Below are positions 38,822 through 48,916 of a DNA stretch of 64,000 nt, piece after piece. The translations under genes were made by a program, and so were the position numbers. The stretch comes from Promethearchaeota archaeon (GTDB lineage: Archaea > Asgardarchaeota > Lokiarchaeia > Sigyniarchaeales > SOKP01): the NCBI GenBank assembly GCA_048941265.1, contig JBHLNT010000002.1, positions 20,087 to 84,086 on the forward strand, read 5' to 3'. The notes beneath the pieces were generated by a model. It saw only the letters and a list, made by a program, of their open reading frames with translations, ran no database searches and was not told where the DNA came from. How positions within the stretch are numbered: position 1 is the first letter of the stretch; each line of letters begins with the position of its first letter.

Positions 38822-40081
38822 ATGTCAGAAGAAAAGAAAGATGAGGATTTTGTTGGAATGCTAAAAAGAATGAAAACCGAAATGAAAAGCCCATCTGTTA
38901 TCGGCGATGCACTTGAGAAGATTGAAATGTTACAAAAAGAAAATGAACAGTTAAAAGAGCAACTAAATAAAAGTATTAATTTAATACATTCTTCAGAACA
39001 AGTTCTTCAGAAAGCACTAGATGAAAAAGAACGTATAAAAGATGATGGTAAGACAGCCATGGAGAAATTAGGTGAAGATGTAATCGAGTTGAAAAATAAA
39101 GTGAAAGAATTACAGAATGTATTACTTGATAAAACCGAGGAACTCCAACAAAAAGAGAAACAAATTTCTGAATTAAAGATTACAGTAGAAACAGCTTCAA
39201 GTGAACTAGAAGCTAAAAAAAAAACTATGCCACAAACTGATTCTGCGATATCTCAGGCCTTGGTTGAAGATCTTTCTTCTGAATTGTCAAAAAGAAAAGT
39301 TCAGATTTCGGATTATGAGAATCAAATAAAGAATTTAAAAGCCCAAATTGAGAGTTTAATACATGAAAATGAAATGTACAAATCAAAGGGCGAAATTATT
39401 GCTCCCCCTTCAGAAATATCGCCTGAATTGGCTAAAAAGGACAGATATATATATGAATTAGAGGAGAAAATTAGAAATCTTGAACAGCATATCTCAGAGT
39501 TAGCCGAAGAAAATGCAAATTTAAAAAAAGATGTAACTGAGCAGCAATCTGCATTGGATGTAGATTATGTGATACCAGTTGTAGAAGCTACGACTACTGC
39601 TAAAAAACCAGAACCTGCTCCAACATCAGTAAGTACACTGGAAGCGTTATGTCAAGATCTTCAATCTGATTTAAATAGATCTAAGAGAATAATGGATTCC
39701 CTTAAAACTGAAAACAAAGAGCTTAAAAAGGCTTTGGAGTCGCAAGGGATCTCAACTGATTATCAAGAAATAAATAATCTCAGAAATGAAAATATTTCAT
39801 TTAAAGCAAGAATTTTAGAATTAGAAAAAACCTTGGAAGAGCAACCATTAGAAATTAGCTTATCACCGGATTCTGAAAATAGAATAAAAGAGCTAGAAAA
39901 CCAATTAAACGAAAAAGATATCCTTATAAACGAATTAAAGACCTCTGAAGCTACTCAGCCTGTAGCTCAGAGTGGTCCTATGTCTAATTTAGTTGAAGAT
40001 TTACAAGCAAGGATCAATAAAATGAAGATTGCATTAAATGAGAAGGATAAAATTATTGAAGACTTAAAAAGAAAAGGCTAA
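38822..40081 (+). CDS. Long coiled-coil protein with internal repeats
   Basis: Heptad-rich E/K/L sequence broken by Pro-rich linkers; no ATPase motifs. Confidence 0.8.
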   Translation: MSEEKKDEDFVGMLKRMKTEMKSPSVIGDALEKIEMLQKENEQLKEQLNKSINLIHSSEQVLQKALDEKERIKDDGKTAMEKLGEDVIELKNKVKELQNVLLDKTEELQQKEKQISELKITVETASSELEAKKKTMPQTDSAISQALVEDLSSELSKRKVQISDYENQIKNLKAQIESLIHENEMYKSKGEIIAPPSEISPELAKKDRYIYELEEKIRNLEQHISELAEENANLKKDVTEQQSALDVDYVIPVVEATTTAKKPEPAPTSVSTLEALCQDLQSDLNRSKRIMDSLKTENKELKKALESQGISTDYQEINNLRNENISFKARILELEKTLEEQPLEISLSPDSENRIKELENQLNEKDILINELKTSEATQPVAQSGPMSNLVEDLQARINKMKIALNEKDKIIEDLKRKG

Positions 40082-40245
40082 AACTGCCTATCTAATAAAT
40101 ACCCAAAATTTTAACCTTTATTAATTATCCTTATTTCTTTGAAATCCATAATTGAAATAAATATTATCAGTTAATACACTATTTTGTAAAAATACTCTTA
40201 TTTTATAAAAAAAAATAAAATACTTAAAAAATTACCTAAAACTTA

Positions 40246-41223
40246 ATGAAAAGCACTAAAAAAAATCCGCCATCAATCTTTTTTGTTGGTCATTTTGCCA
40301 TTGATACAATAATAAGATTTAATAAAGAACATAAGCCAACACTAGGTGGAAGTGTTTCATTTGGCTCATTATCATTAAGAACTTATACCAAAGATGTTAA
40401 AGTTAGTATTATTTCTAATTTGGGAAGCTTGAATTTTAATAGATCTTTATTAGATATTGTAATAGCAAATGATATTGATTTAAATGGGATTAAGTGGACC
40501 GATACTAATAATACAAATTTTGTATTAGATTACTTCAATCATTCAAGATCTTTAACTCTTAAATCTAGAAGTCCTGATCTTAAATTTGAAAATATTCCGA
40601 ATAAATATCTTAAAAATCCTCCTGATGTAATTATTCTCGCTCCTTTATGTAATGAAATTTCTTTTACTTATATATGTAAAATATTGGAATGCTTTCCAAA
40701 TGCATATATTGGAATTGATCTTCAAGGTTTCATAAGGAAAATCGAAAATGGCCACGTTTCTATCGAAAGAGACGAAAAAATTATAGAAAACATGGAAAAT
40801 ATTATAAATTTAATCGGCGATAAATTAATTTTGAAAGGTTCAGAAGAAGAGATGAAAATTCTTTCTGGGGAGGATAATATCTATAAAGCTATGAAACATT
40901 TTGATTATTTTGATTTTAAAGGTATTTTTATTATGACATTAGGAGAGGCTGGATCATTAGTTCTAAAGAAAGGAGAAAAAATTTTAAAAGTACCTGCATT
41001 TCAATCCAATGGAGTAATTGATGAAACTGGTGCAGGGGATGTGTATTTTGCGATCTTTTTATATGAATTTATAATTTCTGATAAGATTTGGAAATCAGTT
41101 GAAAAGGCTGCTTTATTTGCATCTTCAGCAGCCTCTTTTAATGTAGAAGCAACGGGACCCAATGGGTTTCAAGAAAAAACGCATGTGCAAAGAAGAATAA
41201 ATAAAAAAAAATATATCAAATAG
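40246..41223 (+). CDS. PfkB/ribokinase-family carbohydrate kinase
   Basis: GH..ID, LGGS, IDLQG, MTLGEAGS and the anion hole DETGAGD. Confidence 0.9.
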   Translation: MKSTKKNPPSIFFVGHFAIDTIIRFNKEHKPTLGGSVSFGSLSLRTYTKDVKVSIISNLGSLNFNRSLLDIVIANDIDLNGIKWTDTNNTNFVLDYFNHSRSLTLKSRSPDLKFENIPNKYLKNPPDVIILAPLCNEISFTYICKILECFPNAYIGIDLQGFIRKIENGHVSIERDEKIIENMENIINLIGDKLILKGSEEEMKILSGEDNIYKAMKHFDYFDFKGIFIMTLGEAGSLVLKKGEKILKVPAFQSNGVIDETGAGDVYFAIFLYEFIISDKIWKSVEKAALFASSAASFNVEATGPNGFQEKTHVQRRINKKKYIK

Positions 41224-41235
41224 TAGGGGAGAATT

Positions 41236-41826
41236 ATCCATATAAATAGTCACTTCGCTATTGGAGTTATAATTGCTTCTATTTTTAATCATTTTTTTGG
41301 TTTTTGCCTCCTTGAATTCGCAGGAATAGTGGTATCTGCGTTTTTAAGCGATTTTGATGTATTTTTTGCCAAATATGCTAAAGACCAAAACCATCGAAAT
41401 TTAATTACACACAGTATTATTCCAAGTGTCATTATCATCATATTAGGTCTGATGATTTCATGGCCTGCATTAATAATTGGTGGATTTGCCTATTTTATGC
41501 ATGTGATTGTAGATATGTTTGACTGGGGAACAAATCTTTTTTATTTTCCTAAGAAGACCTTTGGCCCGAGATTATTCATGTCAAAAGAAGAAGAGGAAAA
41601 TTTGTCAAAAATTTTATCTCAATACAAAAATGGAGCAAGTTATTTTGATTTTAAATACTATAATAGTAAGGTTGCCTTAAGTATAGAAGTATTTTTATTT
41701 GTATTAATGATGATATTTATTATTGCTCTTGCTTTTGAATATATCCTAATTTCACTCATATATTTTTTAGGATTATATTTTCACTTATCAAGACATTATC
41801 ATTTAAAGAAGATCGAATCAAAATAA
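41236..41826 (+). CDS. Membrane-bound metal-dependent hydrolase (YdjM-like)
   Basis: SDFD, HRNLITHS and HVIVD motifs. The first conserved His (INSHF.IG) lies upstream of the tracked GTG at 41329, so the start is placed at ATC 41236 (or ATT 41233) behind GGGGAG. Confidence 0.75.
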   Translation: MHINSHFAIGVIIASIFNHFFGFCLLEFAGIVVSAFLSDFDVFFAKYAKDQNHRNLITHSIIPSVIIIILGLMISWPALIIGGFAYFMHVIVDMFDWGTNLFYFPKKTFGPRLFMSKEEEENLSKILSQYKNGASYFDFKYYNSKVALSIEVFLFVLMMIFIIALAFEYILISLIYFLGLYFHLSRHYHLKKIESK

Positions 41827-41838
41827 TTATTAAATCTT

Positions 41839-42894
41839 ATGACGATTAATAATCCAAATAATTTGCGTAAATATCGTTTTGATCCTTTTCTTAATAATCT
41901 TCATGGATGGATTGATTCTTTTAAATTCAATAAACAATCAGGACAATTTTCAGTCGTTAGAGGTTGGAATAAACCCTCATTATACGGCATATGTGATATG
42001 ATTTATAATTTAGTAATACCAAATGAGTTACACTCCTATATTAAATCTCATAATAATGAAGAAATCGATGATTGGATATCTGTTATTAAGTTGTATCAGG
42101 ATAAGAATACCGGTTGGTTTAGGGAAGGAAGATTTAATTACGCATATCACTTTAAAGAACATAGTACTGCATTCGCAGTTTCAGTTTTAAAACTATTAAA
42201 TTCAACACCCGATCATGACTTTAAAATCTCAGAAAAGCTAAATTCCAGAAAAAAAGTGTATAACTGGTTGAAAAAAGGACCCGAATGGGGATTACTGTAT
42301 TGACCAGGCTCACATAGAGGTGGGGGAATGGGAGCTATATATGCTACCTTGGGTCCAGATTCTTATCCTCATGAGAATTTCTTTGATTGGTATTTTGAAT
42401 GGCTGGATAAAAATGCCGATAGAGATATAGGATTTTGGAGATTAGGATGGATTCATAGGTTAAAAAAAGATCGATTGACTAAACATGAATTAGGAGGGGC
42501 TGTGCATTATTATTGGATATATGAATTCTTAGGACATCCTATTCCTTTTCCAGAAAAAGTTATAGATTCTACGCTTTTATTACAAAAAGACCTTGGAACA
42601 TGGGACACTCCATATTCATATTGTATTGACCTAGACGCGATATTTTGTTTGACAAGATGTTGTAAACAAACTAAAGGATATAAAAAAGAAGAAATTCAGA
42701 ACGCAATAGTAAAATATCTCGATTATATAGTTGATAAAATCAATAATAAGAATTTTCTATATCAAAATTATAAATCCGCACATAAATTAACAGGTTTTCT
42801 ATGTGCAATAGCTGAAATTTACAAATTTGTACCACAAATCCTTGATTTGAAAAAAGAATGGATTCAGACTCTTGATATCACTCCGTGGATTTAA
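41839..42894 (+). pseudogene. Single ~351-codon reading frame with one in-frame TGA (42301-42303); prenyltransferase/QW-repeat-like alpha-barrel protein
   Basis: The two tracked ORFs are in the same frame: EWGLLY*PGSHRGGGMG. QW-like motifs YQDKNTGWF and LQKDLGTW fall on either side of the stop. Confidence 0.6.
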
Positions 42895-43050
42895 TAAATT
42901 AAAATACTATGTATATTAAAGGAAAAATTCATTATTTATTTTGAAAAAACTCATCGTTAAATTTTTTAATTATAATTTGATTTGCCAATTTTAAGTAATA
43001 TGTTAATAATATAATCCTTAAGATTTGGAAAAAATAAGGTAGGATCGATA

Positions 43051-43509
43051 ATGATTGATCGACTCAATAAAATGTATGAACATATAAAGGAATCTGTCGA
43101 CTCAAAATTATCAGATCCCGGATTTAAGTTCACGTGCGAAATTAATGGTAATAAATTAAGAGAATGTATTACTGAATATTTTTATAAAGAGGAATCCGAA
43201 TTAATTGCTGTAGATCGTTCAAGGCTCTTTTCAAGATCTGTGTTAAATTGTTTAGAAGTAGGATTGGAATTATGTATAAAACAAAAAGAATTAAAAATGG
43301 AGGAAATTTGTACTGAAGCCGATTTTGTTGTAATAAAAGATAAAAATAATTTATTGCATGTTAAATCAATTACCATAAAAGTAGATCCTAAAAAAGTGAA
43401 TAAAGAAATTTTAGAATGCATAAAGAAATGTTTGAAATTCTATGAATTTAGTTGTAATAAAAATTCGGTAAAGATGCCAATAAAAATTAATTTTAGTATT
43501 GCAGACTAG
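43051..43509 (+). CDS. Divergent OsmC/Ohr-family protein (copy 1)
   Basis: SRLFSRSVLNCL...C and FYEFSC align with the Cys segments of the canonical OsmC neighbours. Confidence 0.65.
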   Translation: MIDRLNKMYEHIKESVDSKLSDPGFKFTCEINGNKLRECITEYFYKEESELIAVDRSRLFSRSVLNCLEVGLELCIKQKELKMEEICTEADFVVIKDKNNLLHVKSITIKVDPKKVNKEILECIKKCLKFYEFSCNKNSVKMPIKINFSIAD

Positions 43510-43638
43510 CAAAATTAACTATTTATTCTAATAAGATTAAAATATCATTGCTAAGATTTATATAATAATATAGTTGAAAAATCACTTCATATTCAATTAT
43601 AAGAAAAGTTAAAAATCATATTGTAGAGAATTATTGTT

Positions 43639-44100
43639 ATGTTTGAAGATCTAAATAGAATGCATAAAGATTTAAAAGAAATAATGGATTCAAAAGTCTC
43701 CATACCTGAATTCAAATTTACATGCGAATTAGGGGATCAAAAAAAACTAAAAGATTGTATAACTGAAGAATTTAATATAGAAGAATCTAAGTTAATTGAG
43801 GAAGATCCTACAAGATTGCTTACTAAATCCGTATTGACCTGCCTAGACTCTGGTTTAGCATTATGTATTAAACAAAAGGGATTTAAATTGGAGGAATTAA
43901 TGACCGAAGCAGAATTTCACATGATTACTGATGAGAAAGGACTATTTAATATCGATTCCATAACTATAAAATTGAATCCAAATAAGACTGATAATGTTCT
44001 GCTTGACGATATAAAAAGATGTTTGAATTTTTATGAAAAGGCATGTAACGAGAGGGCAGTCAAAATGCCAATCCTAATCAATTTTGAATTTGCCATATGA
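43639..44100 (+). CDS. Divergent OsmC/Ohr-family protein (copy 2)
   Basis: DPTRLLTKSVLTCL...C and FYEKAC; clear paralogue of 43051..43509. Confidence 0.65.
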   Translation: MFEDLNRMHKDLKEIMDSKVSIPEFKFTCELGDQKKLKDCITEEFNIEESKLIEEDPTRLLTKSVLTCLDSGLALCIKQKGFKLEELMTEAEFHMITDEKGLFNIDSITIKLNPNKTDNVLLDDIKRCLNFYEKACNERAVKMPILINFEFAI

Positions 44101-44200
44101 AAATCCTATCTTTTATTATAAAAACATTAAAAAGGCAAAATATTTGATAAAATTATAAAAATTGATTAAGATACATAATTTTTTAAATTGTGAGAACCAT

Positions 44201-44638
44201 ATGGCTGAGGAAATAAAAACAAAAGTCGGATTAAATTTAGAAAGTGGTATGCTTTTTAAATGTGATTTAGGTCAAATGAAAGTAAAAGATTGTTATATTG
44301 ACGAGGAACATCGGGAAGAAGTAGATATGTTGGGGCCAAATCCCTCGAGAATGTTAGGAACGGCCGTTTTAGGATGTTTGAGTGCGAGCTTCATATTCTG
44401 TTTAAAGAAAAGAAATTTTAATGTAAATGATTTAAACGCCGAAGCTGAAATAACCATCGCAAGAAATGAAAAAGGATTCTGGAGAGTAAAAAAAATAGAG
44501 GTGAATATAAAACCGAAAATTGACGATCCTGATGTAAGAAAACGCGCAGACCAATGTAAGAAGATGTTTGAACAATATTGTATTGTTACTCAGGCGGTAC
44601 GAGAAGGGATAAACGTAGAAGTTAATCTTGATTATTAA
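44201..44638 (+). CDS. OsmC-family protein
   Basis: IDE...GPNPSRML..AVLGCL and FEQYCIVTQAVREG, with both redox Cys; ATG at 44201. Confidence 0.9.
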   Translation: MAEEIKTKVGLNLESGMLFKCDLGQMKVKDCYIDEEHREEVDMLGPNPSRMLGTAVLGCLSASFIFCLKKRNFNVNDLNAEAEITIARNEKGFWRVKKIEVNIKPKIDDPDVRKRADQCKKMFEQYCIVTQAVREGINVEVNLDY

Positions 44639-44704
44639 TTAATCTCTTAGTTGTAAAATATATAAAATTTATCATAGAATAAAAAAAATTAAAGATGATT
44701 TAAG

Positions 44705-45163
44705 ATGGTTCGTGAAGAAAATGTGACAGTAGACATGATATTAGAGAAGGATTTAATTTTCAAGGTAAATCTTGCGCATAATAAGCTCAAAGAGCTCTTT
44801 ATCGATGAATCCATGAGTGAAAAATCCCAAATGTGGGGTCCCGATGCCGCACAGCTACTTGCGATGGCATTATTAGGGTGTTTAAATGCGAGTTTTCTAT
44901 TTTGTTTAAATAAAAGGAATTTAACTGTTGATGATTTGGAAGCTCACGCAGAAATATCTTTTAAAAAAATTGAAAAAGGGTATACTAGAGTTGATAAAAT
45001 TAATGTGAAAATTGTACCTAAAACTACTGATCCCGTTACTCTTAAAAGAATAAATCAATGTATTAAAAAAATGAAAAATGGAAATATGTTTTTTGAGGAA
45101 ACATGTATAATTACCGAATCAGTAAGACAGGGAATAGAAGTTAATGTGGATGTCGAAATCTAA
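44705..45163 (+). CDS. OsmC-family protein
   Basis: IDE...GPDAAQLLAMALLGCL and FEETCIITESVRQG. Confidence 0.9.
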   Translation: MVREENVTVDMILEKDLIFKVNLAHNKLKELFIDESMSEKSQMWGPDAAQLLAMALLGCLNASFLFCLNKRNLTVDDLEAHAEISFKKIEKGYTRVDKINVKIVPKTTDPVTLKRINQCIKKMKNGNMFFEETCIITESVRQGIEVNVDVEI

Positions 45164-45199
45164 CAATTTTTCTATTTAAATGCATAAAGATTTTATAAT

Positions 45200-46012
45200 T
45201 TAGTAATCTAGTCCTTTCACACGCTTCTTGGATCGAGGAGGGCAACGTAAAAACCTCACATTCGGATATCCAATAGTAAAAACTCCCCAGCTCTTTCCGT
45301 GGACACCTGCCAATTTTAACAGTTTTTTGTTGGTGCTAAATGCACTCATGGTCCAGCCGTTCCAACATGTACCCAAACCTAATGATTGCGCGATCATTCT
45401 CCCATATGTTACTTGTATTGCGATATTAATATAATCAAGCATGTTGTCCGATGATGCATATACAAAAATAACATGAGGGGCATCAAAATAAATAGGACAA
45501 TTATATGCTCTTTTAAGTAATTTAAAAACACCACCATAACCGGATTTCCATGCGGGATTTGTTTGTAATTCTTCCATAATCGCTTCTGAAAGCTTATAAA
45601 TTTTCTCGTCATCAGATAACAGTACATATTTTTCAGCTCTCATGTTTCCTCCTGTAGGTGCACACTGCATAGCATCAAATACTTCACTTAACACATTTGT
45701 AGGAACTTTTTTCTTTTTATACTGCCGTGTAGAACGATTTGCTCGAAGAAAGTTATAGACAGTCCTATGGGGGATCAATTGATCGAGATTTTCAATTCCA
45801 TCAAATGTATATGGATCATCTTCAAAATTTTCGAAAATAATTGCATCTTGTGGACAGATAGCAATGCAATGACCACATGAAAAACAAGGCATAGTCGGAT
45901 TAGGAACGTAAAACCTATTATTTTCTTTATCTCTTTTGATTTTTAGACCACATTCTTTTACACAAAGCCCACAATTAGTGCATTTTTCATAATCGATTCC
46001 TATTATTGACAT
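45200..46012 (-). CDS. Nitroreductase-family protein with an N-terminal 2[4Fe-4S] ferredoxin domain
   Basis: CTNCGLCVKEC and CFSCGHCIAICP; RANRSTRQY, APTGGN, SLGLGTCW and IGYP. Confidence 0.92.
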   Translation of the reverse strand: MSIIGIDYEKCTNCGLCVKECGLKIKRDKENNRFYVPNPTMPCFSCGHCIAICPQDAIIFENFEDDPYTFDGIENLDQLIPHRTVYNFLRANRSTRQYKKKKVPTNVLSEVFDAMQCAPTGGNMRAEKYVLLSDDEKIYKLSEAIMEELQTNPAWKSGYGGVFKLLKRAYNCPIYFDAPHVIFVYASSDNMLDYINIAIQVTYGRMIAQSLGLGTCWNGWTMSAFSTNKKLLKLAGVHGKSWGVFTIGYPNVRFLRCPPRSKKRVKGLDY

Positions 46013-46158
46013 CTTTATTATACCCTCTAAAAATTTGTTAATTATTTATATATTAAGTTGATTGATTTTAAAAATCTTAATACTTTAGATGTCAATACAC
46101 AAATCTTATTATTATTTAGATCTTTGAGAAGAAGTGCCATAATTATGCGACCTATGAA

Positions 46159-46968
46159 TCAATCTAAGCCTTTCACGGATTTTTTAGAACGTGGAGGACA
46201 ACGTAAATACTTAACATTTGGGTACCCAATCGTAATTACACCCCAGCTTCTACCTCTTATACCGGCAATCTTTCCTATTTTAGGATTTTTTTCAAAAGCT
46301 ATTTGAGTCCACCCATTATAACATGTCCCTAACCCTAAAGATTGTGCTGCTAATCTTCCATATGTAATTATATTTCCAATATTATAATGATCAATAGCTG
46401 TATTTCCTAAACTCTGTATTATTATCACATGAGGAGCATCAAAATAAACCGGATTATCATAGAAATTTTTACGAATTTCAAAAGATTCTTTCCAACGTGA
46501 TCTAGTAGCAGGATTTTTGAGGAGTTCCTCAAGAACTCCAGCAGCTAACGCTTTTATCTTTTGGGGATCAGAAACAATGATAATTTTTTCGGCTCTTACA
46601 TTCGCACCTGTAGGAGCACATTCCATTGCTCTAATAACCCTTCTTAATATATCTTCGGGAACACTCTTTTTTTTATAATGTCGTATTGAGCGATTGGCAC
46701 GAAGAAAGTTAAAAATTTTGTCATATGAGAGATAATTAGTAATATCTTCTATGCCATCAAAAACATAAGGAGAATCTCCTAAATTTTCATATAAGATGGC
46801 CTCTTCCGGACATATCGCGATGCAATGCCCGCAAAGAATACAAGAGCCCGTCGGATCTTGAAAAATAATTCTATTTTTTTCTTTATCTTTTATAAAACGT
46901 CTTGGACATTCGCTTACACATAGTCCACAGTTTATACATTTTGCATTATCAATTCCAAGAATAGGCAT
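46159..46968 (-). CDS. Nitroreductase-family protein with an N-terminal 2[4Fe-4S] ferredoxin domain (paralogue)
   Basis: CINCGLCVSECP and CILCGHCIAICP; NRSIRHY, APTGAN, SLGLGTCY and IGYP. Confidence 0.92.
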   Translation of the reverse strand: MPILGIDNAKCINCGLCVSECPRRFIKDKEKNRIIFQDPTGSCILCGHCIAICPEEAILYENLGDSPYVFDGIEDITNYLSYDKIFNFLRANRSIRHYKKKSVPEDILRRVIRAMECAPTGANVRAEKIIIVSDPQKIKALAAGVLEELLKNPATRSRWKESFEIRKNFYDNPVYFDAPHVIIIQSLGNTAIDHYNIGNIITYGRLAAQSLGLGTCYNGWTQIAFEKNPKIGKIAGIRGRSWGVITIGYPNVKYLRCPPRSKKSVKGLD

Positions 46969-47030
46969 ATATTTATCTCACTAACGTATAGAATTAGTAA
47001 AATCAATTAATATAGTAATGATCACTTTAT

Positions 47031-48029
47031 TTAGTCTGCTATCCCATCCTCTGTAATTGAAAATACGGCATCCTGTTCAGGTAAATGAGGAGCATCAATG
47101 ACTTTGGCAACTCTCTGCTCACCCTTGCCTTTTCTAAGAAATATTCTTATTGTGGCACCGTGAGCAACTATATGGCCCCCAGTATGAGTAATAGGGTTGC
47201 CATAAAAAACATCTGGCTTGGAAGATACTTGATTTGTTACGACAACAGCCATTTCATCATAAGATTCGGTTAACCTTAATAAATCGTGAATATGACTATT
47301 CAAAATCTGTTGCCTAGGAGCCAATGTCCCCCTACCGATATATTCACTTCGAAAATGACTAATTAGTGAATCAACAATAATTAGTTTGATATTCTTATCA
47401 TCGATGATTTTGGACGCTTCTCTTGCAAGAAGTATTTGATGGTCAGAATTATAGGCTCTACCTACTGTAATATTCTTTAATATTTGATTATAATCTAAAT
47501 CTCTAGCATCCGCCATTTGGATTATCCGCTCAGGTCTAAAAGTTCCCTCTGTATCAATGTATAAAGCATTCCCAGCAAGACCTCCTTGCTCATAAGGTAA
47601 TTGGACATTTACACAAAGTTGATGAACAATTTGAGTTTTTCCAGTTCTATACTCTCCAAAAATCTCTGTAACTGCCCCAGGTTCAAAACCACCTCCTAAT
47701 AAATCATCTAAATTTTGACTGCCGGATGTTAATTTATGAAGTACCTTTCTTTTCTCCCATATAGTATCCGCTGTAAGAAAACCCATCTTTTCAATATCTT
47801 GAGCCATTTTAATTAATTTTGCTGCAGTTTTTTCTCCAATACCTGCCTCATCCATTAATTTTGATTGAGGAATCATCGCAAGAGATCGTACAGAAATGAT
47901 TCCCGCATCCTTTAATTTTTTTAAAGTTGCATCCCCGATTCCCGGCAAATCCATCAAGGTATATACTTTTTGGGATTTAGAATCTTCACTTTTTTGTTCC
48001 TTCTCTTCTGCGGTTTTTTTCTTTGCCAT
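47031..48029 (-). CDS. radA: DNA repair and recombination protein RadA
   Basis: HhH domain DLPGIG, polymerisation motif GFLTA, Walker [30 protein letters not shown] and GGHIVAH. Confidence 0.97.
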   Translation of the reverse strand: MAKKKTAEEKEQKSEDSKSQKVYTLMDLPGIGDATLKKLKDAGIISVRSLAMIPQSKLMDEAGIGEKTAAKLIKMAQDIEKMGFLTADTIWEKRKVLHKLTSGSQNLDDLLGGGFEPGAVTEIFGEYRTGKTQIVHQLCVNVQLPYEQGGLAGNALYIDTEGTFRPERIIQMADARDLDYNQILKNITVGRAYNSDHQILLAREASKIIDDKNIKLIIVDSLISHFRSEYIGRGTLAPRQQILNSHIHDLLRLTESYDEMAVVVTNQVSSKPDVFYGNPITHTGGHIVAHGATIRIFLRKGKGEQRVAKVIDAPHLPEQDAVFSITEDGIAD

Positions 48030-48152
48030 TTTATATTCTCAAGTTTATGCTATTTAATTAGATTATCATTAAATTCCCTATATTAATATATAAAAATACC
48101 AATTAAAAAATTAATAGTAAGAATAAAAAAATAAAAGAAAATTAATTTTAAA

Positions 48153-48824
48153 TTATTTCTCTCTTGTCAAAATTAATAAAATAATCAATAAGATCACAGC
48201 AAAAAGGAATGTCAGCGGCCACCCTAATCCTCCAATCCATATATAAGCTAACCAATAGAATGGACCGAGAAATATTATTACAATAATAATCAATGCTAGT
48301 AAGCTTATATGTTGTTCACTATCTTTTAAATCTACTATCATGGGCCAAATAGCCAGAATAACCATCAGTGTTGCCGAAAGTCTGAAAGCTAATAAATAAC
48401 TTGAATTGACCCAAGATTCTATCCCGTAATTAGCAGTGTACACATCTGGGAAGTAAAAATACACCCAAGCAATAGTATTTTGTTGCATTTGGGGATTCAA
48501 CTGATTAGCCGGTAGGATTGCTGTAAGTAAAATTTGTATCAGTATACCTAATCCGAGAAAAAGTAAAATATCGTCATATTCCCTAGTTTTGCCATAAACA
48601 AATAACAAATCGCGAATTAGACAGATATTCCATAACATAAAAAGAATCACGTATACTAGCAATACATCGGTCCCTAAAAACCAGAGATAATTAATAGGAA
48701 TTACTGCCATAATATAAGCCAGAAATCCCCATTTCTCCCCTCTCCTGAATATATCATAAAAAAGAAAGATCCCATAGATGATAAATAAGGTAGCTGCTAC
48801 AATAATTTCACCTATATTAGCCAT
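48153..48824 (-). CDS. Hypothetical multi-pass membrane protein
   Basis: About seven hydrophobic segments in 223 aa. Confidence 0.75.
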   Translation of the reverse strand: MANIGEIIVAATLFIIYGIFLFYDIFRRGEKWGFLAYIMAVIPINYLWFLGTDVLLVYVILFMLWNICLIRDLLFVYGKTREYDDILLFLGLGILIQILLTAILPANQLNPQMQQNTIAWVYFYFPDVYTANYGIESWVNSSYLLAFRLSATLMVILAIWPMIVDLKDSEQHISLLALIIIVIIFLGPFYWLAYIWIGGLGWPLTFLFAVILLIILLILTREK

Positions 48825-48916
48825 ATAATCATCTTCTCAGTTTTTGAATAATTTTTTTGATTAATTTTTTTATATCATTAATAATATTTAATTTCAAGGT
48901 ATTATAAATTTTTAAT

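Noticed and set aside
38822-40081. SMC/Rad50 assignment for the coiled-coil protein
   Set aside because: No Walker A/B, signature, hinge or zinc-hook motifs.
42301-43050. Selenocysteine recoding of the in-frame TGA
   Set aside because: The context suggests Trp, there is no CxxU-type motif, and I could not see a SECIS-like stem in the AT-rich downstream region. A formal search was not run.
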